Shown: positions 51,177 to 63,647 of the stretch, in pieces
Layout: each line of letters begins with the position of its first letter
Position numbering within the stretch: the stretch's first letter is position 1
Program-made: the position numbers and the translations under genes
Notes under the pieces: generated by a model
What the model was told of the DNA's origin: nothing
What the model saw: the letters and a program-made list of their open reading frames with translations, nothing else
The model's database searches: none
Origin: Phoronis australis
Taxonomy: Eukaryota; Animalia; Phoronida
DNA length: 64,000 bases
Assembly (NCBI GenBank): GCA_002633005.1
Contig: NMRA01000321.1
Span: 49,311 to 113,310 of the forward strand
Direction of reading: 5' to 3'

Positions 51177-53849
51177 TGCAAAACGGTTGACGTTGACGTG
51201 TATTCATTACGTAGTAATTGCGTAAATAAGATGTTTTGCAATTGTACAAGAGATGCATGATTGATAATACCCAGTTGAGCAGATGTCCACTGATAAAGGA
51301 ATACCGTCTTTGTCTTTAAGTGACATGAAACACTAAGGCATTACTTTGTTAAGGGTGCATGGACCTATGAACGCAAATGTACAGTACATGCAAAATACCG
51401 AATGTGTTATTTGTGCACCCTCTGTAGGTGGGATGGAACCTTGTGATCTACAAACATGCTGTGACTTTTCATCTGTCTTTATGTGTGTCAATTTCTTGAG
51501 AGTTTTGAACATTTTCCCTGGTTCTTACACAGTATTTGAGAAAACTCTTGGTTGTATGATTGTATATTAAGCTGTACAAGTCATGATGTTCAAAGGCACG
51601 GTTTCACGTTTGAAGCTTAACTGGTTGGTTATTGTGTCTTTAAGTCCACCCCCACATATAAATGCACTCCTATGTTTGTGGATATTCTTATACAGGTTGA
51701 AGGTCACCCTCCCTTTCTGCCATGTCTATTGCGCCCTATCACTACTAGTAGGTGGGTTTGTTCAAAGCTGCCTAGAAAAGTAGATCACACTGTTGCATGT
51801 TCATCAAATGTGCAATACCAGCCATTGGGCTCATGCACGAGTTTGCGTTACAACCTTATGCACAAATGGCCCCTACATGTCCACTTGGGTATATGTTTTT
51901 TTTTGATCTTTCAGTTTACAAAACAAGCCAAAAGAAATCAGACAAAGTACTGGTTCCACTCCATGACTATCAATTTGATTTTGTTACTTGTGATGCTGTT
52001 GTTGGGTTTTGGTGAACTCCTTAGGAATGGTGAATTGAACTTGGTCGAAACGTTGGGACTCCTGTATATCTGTAAATACTGAGTGTTAACAACAACTGTG
52101 CTGGGGTTCCTACTGCTTATTTGGCCCAAAACCAACATGGTCAATAGACTATCAATTCTGCCTGGCAATATTTCTGGTCAATTCCCACTGAACATGACAG
52201 GTAATGACCCATTGTGAGTCCTCATACCACCTGCCTCTTCTCCAAATCTTCTGATGCTGCCACAATGGTCCATTATGTGCAGAGTAACTGAAGCATGTTG
52301 ACCTAATTCCGCTGCACATATGTACAGTGCACTAAGTGGCATAATGTCAACTACTTGATTGTCATTGCTCTAGTTCTAAGTTTTGATACCACAGTGAAAG
52401 CTGTGAGAGATTTAGTATGCCTTTCTACTTGTCTGATTGTTTGTTTGATAACACTTAACGGACATTGTTTAACCTGTATATGGGACGCGCGTCTGCTCTG
52501 CGTGCAACTCAGTCATCGCAAAATTATTACAAAGTACTAAACCGATAATCAGTTTGCAAATACATCCATACTAGTAGGATCAATGCTTGTCTGAAGAGGG
52601 TAAGATTGTCCTCGTGAATGTGGTTGTGGGTTTTGCAAGCACGACCACACCAAACGATTAATTTATGCTGCTAAGTAAATGTGCTGTCCATGAGGGGGGG
52701 GGGGCTCTTTAAGATGTTTGATTCATTGGATAACGCATTTCATAAAGGTTTAATGATACCACACCGTAACAATTCAAGAAACAAAACATCTCAATATACA
52801 GTACATTGTACACATATCAAGTTTTGATTCTGTGCAACTTTTGATAGAAACGGGGACTCTCAAGTGTTGTGATGTGGCAATGTGTGGCCTAATTTCAATG
52901 GTGTCGGTTGTCTGCGTTTATAGCGCGCTGCATCATTTAAAGATATCGTAAGGTTTATTTACGATTTATTAGCTTTACGGTAAATTGCCTTTTGTTCCCT
53001 GTCATGACAAATGATTACTGCCAGTCAGTTGCGCTTACAATTGACTGTCATAGTGGGGGATTCCACTTGCGTTGAACCGTTATGACATGGATTCAGAAAT
53101 TACTGATCATTTTCTTTTGGCTTGTACTGTGCAAGCCTATGCGTTTCTACCAGAGCAGACACGGTACCATGTGTATTTGTGGAATATGGATTGCATTTTG
53201 GAAAATTGTATTATCACAGTTTACACACGTACATTCAGGCGACGTTATGTATTCGTACTTAAACTGTGACCTGCAGATGTCAAGAAATTACTAGTTAAAC
53301 TGCACGTGATGATGGCATGGGAGGTCCTGTTATGCAAAAAAAGAGTTTGAAGTCATGCATTTGTTAGGAAAAGCCTGAAAATTTATTCCAAGAAAAAGAA
53401 TTGAATTTGAAATTGTCTTAAATTGCACCATTTTATGGAATGTGATGGTGAGGTGATACACATTTTTAGAAATTCGATCAATTCTTTTCATGATGAATTT
53501 GATTATTTTGATTCAAGTCTTGTTTGTCAAATTGATTCATTTTCTCAAATTTTGTTAACTTACCACTCGTAGCAATTTTAACAACAAAATGAAATATGCT
53601 CAGATAATGTACGATCCTTAGCTGTTTATTTAATGTTTATTAATATCTCGATACAGTAATAGCCTTCAAAGGATGCAAATATGTTGTAACTTTGTACGAC
53701 ATCTAATGGTGAAAATTGGAACTAAGGATCAAATTCATATGAGCCTTGGCGTATTGATATAGAGATCGGTCACTCCCGCATCAAAATTCGATTATAATTT
53801 GATAAATCGTCTCGCCCATTGTAATACGACATTCTGTGTTTGCTTTTAG

Positions 53850-53907
53850 CCTGGAGACCTACCCACAATTCCTTATGCTGTTGTTCATTGGTGGCCTTCA
53901 GTATCCT
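53850..53907 (+). CDS. MGST3: MGST3 coding exon 3
   Basis: (Y)LETYPQFLMLLFIGGLQYP; TTTTAG/GTGAGT ends; phases match. Confidence 0.95.
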
Positions 53908-54643
53908 GTGAGTAATATTAATAACTTGGAACATGTAATATGTCTTTGTTAACTGTCCTACAGAGCCAAAACTATGCCATTTGAGTGTCTTGTGATGTAC
54001 GGGTTAATGATAAAAGCCATCAATTTTGGACAAAAACAATTGCCAAAGTTGTCTTCATTTCCAAGGTTTTTTAACACCGTAGTGAATGCCACACCTTTTC
54101 ACAATATTGTCTGTTAGCAGCTATGGTACTGAACTTGAATTTGGCTGAGCATTATTTTCGTGTTGCATATCTTTATAATAAAACACAAACATGAAAAATT
54201 TATTTGTCTGCCATATTGTGTCCTAAATTGGTGAGATTTTACTGTGCTGTTCAAAATTTGTTACAATTTGCTGATCTCTTTTACTTTGCCCAAATTCACA
54301 ATATACCCGTTCAGTATGTGACTGTCCAGTGAAAAGGTGACATCTGCAAGCATGTATTTGACTGTTTAGTCTTGTGGCCCTCGAAATATAATCTGTAGCC
54401 TATTAGTTATCTTCTGTCTTTCTTAATCTTGTATGTTGTCCGAGTTCTTTGGACTTTGTATAAGGTTTACCCACTGCCCCAAACCATTATAACCTTAATA
54501 TGTGAACTTAGGTGAGTTGAGGTTTTTATCTTGTTTCACAATTTCAGTATCTGTTAAGCTGTGGTTTCATTTTAAATATTTGCTAATCCTTCAGTCTGCA
54601 ATCACTGTCGATGGTGTGTTTGCATAAGTAAGGATGGGTGTCG

Positions 54644-54758
54644 GTATTCAAAAACCAGTGCTGTAGTTTAGTATCACTGCTCTATAGCATTACTGATACC
54701 TGTATTCTAAAACCAGTGCTGTAGTTTAGTATCACTGCTCTATAGCATTACTGATACC
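54644..54758. repeat. 58-bp tandem duplication (2 copies)
   Basis: GTATTC.AAAACCAGTGCTGTAGTTTAGTATCACTGCTCTATAGCATTACTGATACC occurs twice. Confidence 0.9.
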
Positions 54759-55885
54759 AGTAAGTATTTAAATATGAGTGAAATTTTGCAATGTAGTTGT
54801 AATTTTTTGTTACGAAAGCATGGTTCACAGTACAAGCGCATCTCTGGGCTCCACAAATTTGTTCAAGATCTTCCCCCATAACTAAAACAAGCTGTTGTCC
54901 CAGGCTGCTAAGTTAATTAACAATCATTATAACAATCTTAATTTAAATCATGCAATTTTTCATTTTTTAAACATCTCATTTGAAATTCACTCATTTTCCA
55001 GTCCTGATGTGACCTTGGGCACAAACTTTGAACTCTTCTCATACTAATTACAAACATTAGACATGCCGATGTATTTGATGTTTAAAGTTAGCATCAGATA
55101 TCCACTTTAAAAACATATCCACTGATAATCAGAAGTTACACAGATATAGGATTACGACAGTTCAACATATGTGTACTATGTTAACAACAAATTTTCATTC
55201 AAGCAGTAGGAGATAAATATAAAGCAACTGACACGAAAACACACAGAGGTTTTGAAAACATACAGAGAGGTGTGAAAAACTATTACTAGTAGAGGCAATG
55301 ATGGATGTTCCGAGTCCTTCTAGGAGTAAACAAATGTTATTCATATGTTTTTGTTTTTTGTGTTTTCGAAAGAATATGAGGCAGCTGTTACGTAATGTGC
55401 ATATACTAGAGCATCATTGTATCTTTCCGAGTGTATGAGTCGACTCTTAGAAAGCTTGACTCCACAGACGGTAGTGTAATGTTCAATACCAGTTGCTCAG
55501 TTACGATGATAGTTATAAACGACTTCTGGTTGATTTATTTTGCAGAACTTAGTCATTTGTGAAGCAATCGTGGCACTGACCAATTTTTCTTTTGATCTTG
55601 TATTTTGCTCTATAGCTTTCGGTACAATACTGGGCTGTATTTCGAAGATCCTACACACTCCCGAAGCACTAGAAACTAGTGAATTCTGTCCCATAATGCA
55701 ACATCCCAACGTCACCAAGCAATCGCGTCATTCGCTGCTATTAAGGCCACGAGCATACTTGCCATTCACTTGTGTGATTTTGGGTGATCTTGCTTTTTTG
55801 CCAGCCTCTGGCAACTATGGAATGCATCCGTGTGTTCCAGTAATCAAATGCTTATCACTAGTTCTAACTGGTTACTTTCTTACAG

Positions 55886-55958
55886 CGTACTGCCACTGCA
55901 GCTGGACTGGTTTACCTCATTGGTCGAATCATGTACGCCAGGGGTTACTACACTGGTG
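55886..55958 (+). CDS. MGST3: MGST3 coding exon 4 (copy 1)
   Basis: RTATAAGLVYLIGRIMYARGYYTG + G (phase 1); TTACAG/GTAAGT ends; 73 nt. Confidence 0.93.
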
Positions 55959-57127
55959 GTAAGTCCATGCTTCTATTGTGGACCAAAAATACTTCAAACT
56001 GGTATTTTAAATGCAATTTCCTTTATTGCGAGATACCGTCATTTTTGTGAGTATTTTCTTACTAGTAATGTGATTGGTACTGAAATGTCTGTCTCTAATG
56101 AACTGTTAATTTGCAAGTGTTAGTAAATACAACTGAATATATTTTGCGTCATACAATAGAGNNNNNNNNNNNNNNNNNNNNNNNNNNNNNNNNNNNNNNN
56201 NNNNNNNNNNNNNNNNNNNNNNNNNNNNNNNNNNNNNNNNNNNNNNNNNNNNNNNNNNNNNNNNNNNNNNNNNNNNNNNNNNNNNNNNNNNNNNNNNNAG
56301 ACATGCCGATGTATTTGATGTTTAAAGTTAGCATCAGATATCCACTTTAAAAACATATCCACTGATAATCAGAAGTTACACAGTTATAGGATTACGACAG
56401 TTCAACATATGTGTACTATGTTAACAACAAATTTTCATTCAAGCAGTAGGAGATAAATATAAAGCAACTGACACGAAAACACACAGAGAGGTTTTGAAAA
56501 CATACAGAGAGGTGTGAAAAACTATTACTAGTAGAGGCAATGATGGATGTTCCGAGTCCTTCCAGGAATAAACAAATGTTATTCATATGTTTTTGTTTTT
56601 TGTGTTTTCGAAAGAATATGAGGCAGCTGTTACGTAATGTGCGTATACTAGAGCATCATTGTATCTTTCCGAGTGTATGAGTCGACTCTTAGAAAGCTTG
56701 ACTCCACAGACGGTAGTGTAATGTTCAATACCAGTTGCTTAGTTACGATGATAGTTATAAACGACTTCTGGTTGATTTATTTTGCAGAACTTAGTCATTT
56801 GTGAAGCAATCGTTGCACTGACCAATTTTTCTTTTGATCTTGTATTTTGCTCTATAGCTTTCGGTACAATACTGGGCTGTATTTCGAAGATCCTACACAC
56901 TCCCGAAGCACTAGAAACTAGTGAATTCTGTCCCATAATGCAACATCCCAACCTCACCAAGCAATCGCGTCATTCGCTGCTATTAAGGCCACGAGCATAC
57001 TTGCCATTCACTTGTGTGATTTTGGGTGATCTTGCTTTTTTGCCAGCCTCTGGCAACTATGGAATGCATCCGTGTGTTCCAGTAATCAAATGCTTATCAC
57101 TAGTTCTAACTGGTTACTTTCTTACAG

Positions 57128-57200
57128 CGTACTGCCACTGCAGCTGGACTGGTTTACCTCATTGGTCGAATCATGTACGCCAGGGGTTACTACACTGGTG
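57128..57200 (+). CDS. MGST3: MGST3 coding exon 4 (identical copy 2, likely the other haplotype)
   Basis: Identical to 55886-55958 and inside the gap-flanking duplication. Confidence 0.75.
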
Positions 57201-57842
57201 GTAAGTCCATGCTTCTATTGTGGACCAAAAATACTTCAAACTGGTATTTTAAATGCAATTTCCTTTATTGCGAGATACCGTCATTTTTGTGAGTATTTTC
57301 TTACTAGTAATGTGATTGGTACTGAAATGTCTGTCTCTAATGAACTGTTAATTTGCAAGTGTTAGTAAATACAACTGAATATATTTTGCGTCATACAATA
57401 GAGAACGGTCAAGGACTTTACATGAACTGCTCATGGAACCAAAATAGGAGGGTTCAGTGATATTCTCTTCACTTAGCCAAACCTACAGATCCAGGTTTAT
57501 TATCTAATTCGCAGTAACCTGCCCTTGCAGCCAGCTTGGACATCTCACTAATCCAAGCTTGCAGCCTAAGGTTCAGCAATATCTTCCTCGCAGAATTTTT
57601 TCACCTTATTCAGTTTGCATCTTATACTCCTTTCGACCTGATGCCTGCTTATGTTGAACGCTTAATTGAGCCCTGCCGTGTGTTCACTTTCAACACTTCC
57701 TCGACGTTAGCATAGTATGAAGCTATGGCCACCAACTGCACTGTAGTTATGTGTTACTGCTCTGTTACCGAAGAAGGTTTGAATGAAATGACCACATGGG
57801 AATGCTGACGTTCTGGTTAAAACAGTTTGTCATTTTCCGTAG

Positions 57843-57967
57843 TTCCCGAGAGGAGTGAGAAAGGCGCTCTTCCTGCTATAGGCGCCGAGTTAATTCTGTT
57901 GGCGTGCTCCCTAGCCTTCGTCTACAGGTCATTCTATCAGCAAACCATTCGGGGACTTTTCTTATAA
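57843..57967 (+). CDS. MGST3: MGST3 alternative terminal exon A
   Basis: TTTGTCATTTTCCGTAG acceptor, phase 1: (V)PERSEKGALPAIGAELILLACSLAFVYRSFYQQTIRGLFL*; AATAAA at 58024. Gives 152 aa. Confidence 0.75.
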
Positions 57968-58412
57968 TTTCTTAGTAAGTATTAGACATACACCCTCTGG
58001 TGGTAGATGTTAACTAATTGATCAATAAACGAGAACAAAGCGGTCAGCGTTCCACTTGATTTCTGCTTTTAGTTACCCAAATGGCTTTGCTCGCCCGAGC
58101 AGTTGTGTCTCTCTTTTGTGTCTTTTCTCTTGCACGCACCACTTCCTTGCCCGTTTGGATGCCTGGTTACATGATCATAGTTGGAACTAGTTGACTGTTC
58201 CAACTGTATTCTTTCAAAATTGGTCGTTTTAGAATTGAGCTAGCATCCCTCCATCCTTCGTCCACCTCGTTTGTGACATTTATTGATGGTTCTGTTCCAC
58301 CTGCATGCACCGCTTCCTCCACCATTGTCCAACTTGTATCCTCCCCATCACGTGATCTCCATTGGGACTATTTGATGGATCGTGCATTTTCATTCAAGCC
58401 TGGTCATTTCAG

Positions 58413-58558
58413 ATCCGAGTAAGCGTCGCCGTGGCTCACTGTTTCACATTCCTGAAATTATTCTCTTGGGATGTACTCTCAGCTTCATGTGGAGAAACCA
58501 CTCCCACCTGAGACCTCGTCGTTTTGGCCGCTGGCACTGTAAGTACCACACGGCATGA
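58413..58558 (+). CDS. MGST3: MGST3 alternative terminal exon B (closest to canonical)
   Basis: GGTCATTTCAG acceptor, phase 1: (D)PSKRRRGSLFHIPEIILLGCTLSFMWRNHSHLRPRRFGRWHCKYHTA*; matches the EPSKRSRGAL of MGST3. Gives 159 aa. Confidence 0.85.
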
Positions 58559-60496
58559 CTTCAAAGTCTCGTTGACGGTTATCTAGCATTTGGTGGAGCT
58601 TGTGCTAGAGGGATGAGTTTCAGGTTCATTTCTTTTCATTCACAGTTAGGATGTCACAGTGTATGGCAGTCTGAAAGTGACACTCAGTGAGAAGTGTTTT
58701 TTAGAGATCAGCCCCAAAACAGGTTTGAATTCATGACCGCTGCCGTCTTAGTCCGTTGGTTGGATTTCAGCAAATGACTGGCTGCCAACAATGAGCATTT
58801 GTAATTTGTAATAGTCACAGAAACAACGAAATTTGTGTTGTTTCACAGCTGTGGTCAAAGCCAATAACTTCAAGAGTCTATACCATCCATTATCATAAAA
58901 TTTGTTTGTTATCCCTAAATCCTGTGTTTGTCCCTTTAATGCATGTGCTTGGATTCGTGTCTACTGGTTGGTTGTTCTGAGGAGTGACTTGATGGTGCCT
59001 TTTGATGTTGAATATGTATTATGTGTTGTGCTAAGTGGACCGTTGTTGTTCAAGGTTGCTTTCAGGAATATTTTTCTACCTTCTCATGATTTTTAAATCC
59101 TATTTATTTATACTTTTAACGTGGGTAGCCTCATCAGTTCGGAGCACTGCTTTCCACTAGGGTCCTCAACTCATTGACACCTCATTCACTCACTTCTCAT
59201 ACTCTCATGTTAAGACTGACCGCAATGGTGCAAGAGACCAATAGTCTTCCAGTGCTTGAACTCTGACCTTACAGATGAGAATCCGCAGTCCAAAAAAATT
59301 ATTCATGGCTTGGTTTTCCAGTGGGTTTTTATTGAGTTAATTCATGTCATTAAAAGACCTTTTGTTTGTCATATTTGAGAGATGTATACAAGACTTCAAC
59401 TGTCCTTGCAAAAAAGACTGAAGCATGGATAGTGTACTATCCAAAATGATTACCAGTACCAGATTTCTCCCAGTCTCTGAAAACCAAATATATGCACAAC
59501 GACTGGACCGTGTACACAGTGTCCCAAAGTGTCTGAATAAATTCTAAGGGTTTAATGACTACGAATAGTGTTTTTTTCTTATTCTTGAAGTTTTAGGTTT
59601 GCAGTCCACGGAAGTGGAAAAAGACCTCCACAGTTGACTCATACGTCAGAGAACAGAAATTTTCCAGTTTTATCACCTAATGCAAAACCTTGTGCATCTC
59701 CTGTAGAGATATTTAGGATTTTTCAACAAACCTGATGCACCCAGATGGAAAATAATTTATGAACCATATTATGTGTTTTCTGCTGTAGAAATTGTGTTTA
59801 TTTTGAACAAATAATTGGGTGAGAAGTACTCGTGCGGAGATTCAGTTGTACAGAATCTGAAAAAATCCATTGGTTATTTCTCAGCAGTGACATTTCACCA
59901 ACTTCTGTGCATTACAAAAATCTCAATTAGTTCTCAATAAAACCAATTCATCGCATTCATATTTCAGACTGTTTTTGTTGGGACATCCTATATACCATTG
60001 ACGTTAACTCTGGTAATTCCGTGGGATACATGAAAAAAGTTGTCCATTTTTTCAAAGTTAGTCTGGCTTCTTTGCAAATAAAAACCTCAGACAATCAAAC
60101 AAAAAATAACAAAATGACATCGATTTGGCAGGTTTTTTATTGTTTTACAAATACTCAGTTTTTGCCTTAAGCCCTGCCATAAGGTTAATATTCCTAGTGA
60201 ACGCATACAAGAGGGTAGTCATAACCTGGGGAGAGGGGTGACATTGCTGAAAAAACACAGCATGCAGATTTTCAAGGAGTTACTTCTAAGGCCACACTTC
60301 ATTTCCCAGATGGAGTACCTCTTAGTTCACCAAGTCTTGTACTTGGCTCTCCTTAAAAAAGCATAACTAAAGAGCGCTACCTTCACCCTTCTACACTTTG
60401 CAACGAGTGGTCATCATCACCAATTTCTGGACAAGACTAGACATATTGCAGACGAGTGCAGCATTTCATCGACACCCAACTAATTGTCTCTTGCAG

Positions 60497-60624
60497 AGCC
60501 GTCAAACAGAGCGAATCCATTCTATGTGAGCATGTGGGCCATGAATACCCTTGCAGCCTGTGCCGTTGGTCTGGTCTATAGAAACTTCTGTCCATACCAC
60601 CTCTTTGGCTGGGGACACCATTGA
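60497..60624 (+). CDS. MGST3: MGST3 alternative terminal exon C
   Basis: CTAAT branch point and TGTCTCTTGCAG acceptor, phase 1: (E)PSNRANPFYVSMWAMNTLAACAVGLVYRNFCPYHLFGWGHH*. Gives 153 aa. Confidence 0.72.
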
Positions 60625-62996
60625 ATACTGCCATCACGAGAAATCAACTGTATCATAATCTTTGGAATAATGTACACTGTATTCAGTAGCTGGATGAATG
60701 ATTGAATGGTTAATTGTTGCCAAGTCTACTAGTAAGGTGGGCAACCTTCCTTCCCGAGACAGTGCACAGACGTTCTCACTAACAGCGATCTTTTGTCGTA
60801 GTCTTGTCTCTCAAGAGCTGTATTCTGTTGTCATGCACTGCAATTCTGTTCGTACAAACACATTTTTTTCGCAAACTGCATCTGTGCCGTTATAGTCTAG
60901 ACAGATAGGTAATGGTTGGATATAATGCGCCCGAATTTTGAGAACCAGTTTTCTCCACTGAATAACGGGCATCAAACTGGTTCTCTAAATATGGGCACAT
61001 AATATTCGACTATTGCCGACAGATCTGAGGTGACATAGGAAGCAGGTGAGACACGGTATGAAGATTACGCAAATCATATCCCATGTCAGAGTTCAAAAAA
61101 TCGGAAACTAAGCGATGGTTATTAAGAGATGGTCGTCTTAATATTTGAATTCGCCATTTGGGCATGAGAAAAAGAAACCCAGCGAGGCAAGAATTGCGTT
61201 CATGAGAAAAGAATGTTGTTGATGAGACTACGTGTGCTGTCTGGGAGTAAGATTGTGCTCCAGACATTCTAGAAAATTATGCAATTTAAGAGCCCAGTAA
61301 GGTGCTGTAAATCATGTGTATTCAGTTTAACCTGGACTTAACCGGATGTATTCAGTGCAACTTAATGTCAACGTAACTGATCTACAGAGAGCCTGGAACA
61401 GAAGGAGTGTTTTAATTCCATGAAGATTTTTGTAAACTTTGGTTTTGTAAACTTTTTTTCTATCATGTCATACTGGTTCTGAGCAGTAAATGAAAATGTG
61501 TCAAAATTTTAAAATGGATTTATTGTCTGATAGCAATGTTCTGTGTGGAAATAAATCTTGCACTGCACAAATTATTGTTTTGTCACTGGCTCTATCAAGT
61601 TCTGCTCGTTAACATTCCTAGTGTCAGCACTGAAATCATGAATGAAAAGTTTTGAAATAGTGATTTGATGCCTTTTACGTACTAAGTTACTATTAAAAAC
61701 ACTTCACTCCCTCTATTGGTAACCGTATTCTGCAAAATAAGACAATTTCAACTTACGAAATGTCATGACATTCAGATCCATCGGAAAACATAATGCACTG
61801 GCAAGCAACAAAGAGTGATGACAATTCAAACATTTAGTGGTTCTTTGTTAGCAGAATTTGTGCAAGATTAATTCAGATTTCACGACAACACAGGACTGCA
61901 TACAACTGACTAGTGAAGTCTTGAATGGAAAGCGATCATCTTCCACGTTGCTCTTAATAAAAATGCACATCCCTAATTTCCCTGTAGACATTGTTCTGTG
62001 TTAATTACTATTGCCTTGGCGAGTATGTACTGTCCGTGAAACAATACGAAGTGATGTCAATAGCCCAACAAAGAGCCAGCATCTTGGTTATTGTATTCAC
62101 CATCATTGAGCAATTGGTGAAAGACAAGAATGCTGGTAACCAGGGATGTGCAATTTAGGTAACATCAAAAACAGTGGCTTTCCCCTTTTAAGAGTATGGT
62201 GGTTTTGTTTTTGGCGCGAAACGCGACCTCCCTGGAACTATTTTTCAATAGCCTAAAACCATACTGAAGGCTTATGCAGTGAAGATTAAATTTCTTCCTT
62301 CCACCGTGACCATTCACCACCAACTGCATTGCATGCCGTATTCAAACGATTAATTGGCGAATTTTAACGTTTTTTACACATTTCAAACCTCCTTGCCACT
62401 TCTTTAAAACTTGGAGGAAATTCGTTTCCAGGCAATACGCTTCTTAACCAATCCTATCAATTTTACATTGAAAGCCAGATTTACCTGACCTTGTCCACAT
62501 TTGACATTTGAGATGGATTGGAAAACCCAGAAGGGCCGAGTTGACGCATACCTAATCTTGAGACGTGCAATTTTAGTTCTAGCGTAACTGAGAAAATTAG
62601 CCAATGAGTGAGTGGACTTGAGGTCGGATTGTTAGTTTGAAGTGTGAAAACTCAACAATTTAAGATGTATTTTGATTAAATTGAATGGGAGACAAGATGG
62701 AGACGATATTAGTGCCTATCCACATAGCCTTGGGAGTTTGATGGGATAGCCCACGATTCAGTTTATTCGAAAATGAGGAAAACCCACCAAAATCATTTCA
62801 AAAACTATGTATACAATATGCAGAAATGAACATGATAATGTCACACGGAAATAGATGACCTTCATATCGAATGAGCATGCTATTTACAGCCACATTATCA
62901 TAAAATTTAAAGGCATTAGTCCTGAAAATACAGGCTACATAGGTGATCATAATTTTTCATTAGATTTTTTACATGAACTCATATCTACCACTATTA

Positions 62997-63552
62997 GGGC
63001 TGTTCCAGTAAAATCTGTATGGGAGGGGGGAAGGCACCTTTTTTCGCACCCACCACCCACATTTTTCATTTATTTCTTCAGCCTACCACCCGTAATTTTT
63101 TATAAGTTTGAAATGCAACCACCCGTAATTTTTTTTGTTCTTGTGGTTGACTGCACAGGCGCTTGAGTTTATCTGTTCCTCCATCACCACTAACGTCATT
63201 CATTACTAAGAAAACATACGTTTCTTATATATGGTTATTAGCCATCAAGAAATTCGAGCACCTGTGGTTAACTGGTGTTATGGGCATGCCGATGAGGAGA
63301 TCGGAGGGAGTGAAAAAGTCGGAGCTTTTTGCAAGTTGTTTCAGTTTTTGATTCTGTGCGGATTGTTTTTAAATTTACTAAAATTACCCACCATCAAACA
63401 TTTATGGCCCAATGAAACAACGACCTGTAAATTTTTATTTTTTTGAAGTACGAGCACCAGCCATTTTGAATTTAAATCAAACGCAACCACCCATAAATTT
63501 TTATTTCAGTTGCCTTTCCCCCCCTCCCACACAGATTTTGCTGGAACAGCCC
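62997..63552. mobile_element. PIF/Harbinger-type MITE
   Basis: TIRs of ~33 bp, GGGCTGTTCCAGTAAAATCTGTATGGGAGGGGG / CCCCCTCCCACACAGATTTTGCTGGAACAGCCC; TTA TSD at 62994-96 and 63553-55. Confidence 0.88.
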
Positions 63553-63647
63553 TTATGGATTGTTGATAGATTTTTGCAATAATTTATATGATTTCACTGA
63601 GCAGTGATAAATGATCAGAAGTTTTCCATGAATGCACTATAAATTAT

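Larger units (their letters stand above)
55059..57403. other. 1.1-kb near-identical duplication flanking an N gap (56162-56298): probable haplotype-overlap artefact
   Basis: 55059-56161 vs 56299-57403 differ by a few SNPs and indels and abut the gap exactly. Confidence 0.8.

Noticed and set aside
51696-51783. Segment after TATACAG reading VEGHPPFL.. / ..LLVGGF, resembling a second MGST3 exon 3
   Set aside because: The two motifs are in different frames, splicing from exon 2 (ending TA) creates an immediate TAG, and there is no suitable donor; at best a decayed or poison exon.
55059-57403. Apparent tandem duplication of MGST3 exon 4 (mutually exclusive exon pair)
   Set aside because: The exon copies are identical, the flanks differ only at allele level, and both copies abut the N gap exactly; most likely two haplotypes. 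Long reads would settle it.
59275-59378. Phase-1 open segment DENPQSKKIIHGLVFQWVFIELIHVIKRPFVCHI* after CCTTACAG, a candidate extra MGST3 last exon
   Set aside because: It lacks Pro2, the Cys at 21/22 and the (Y/W)R motif shared by A/B/C; similarity is not distinguishable from chance.
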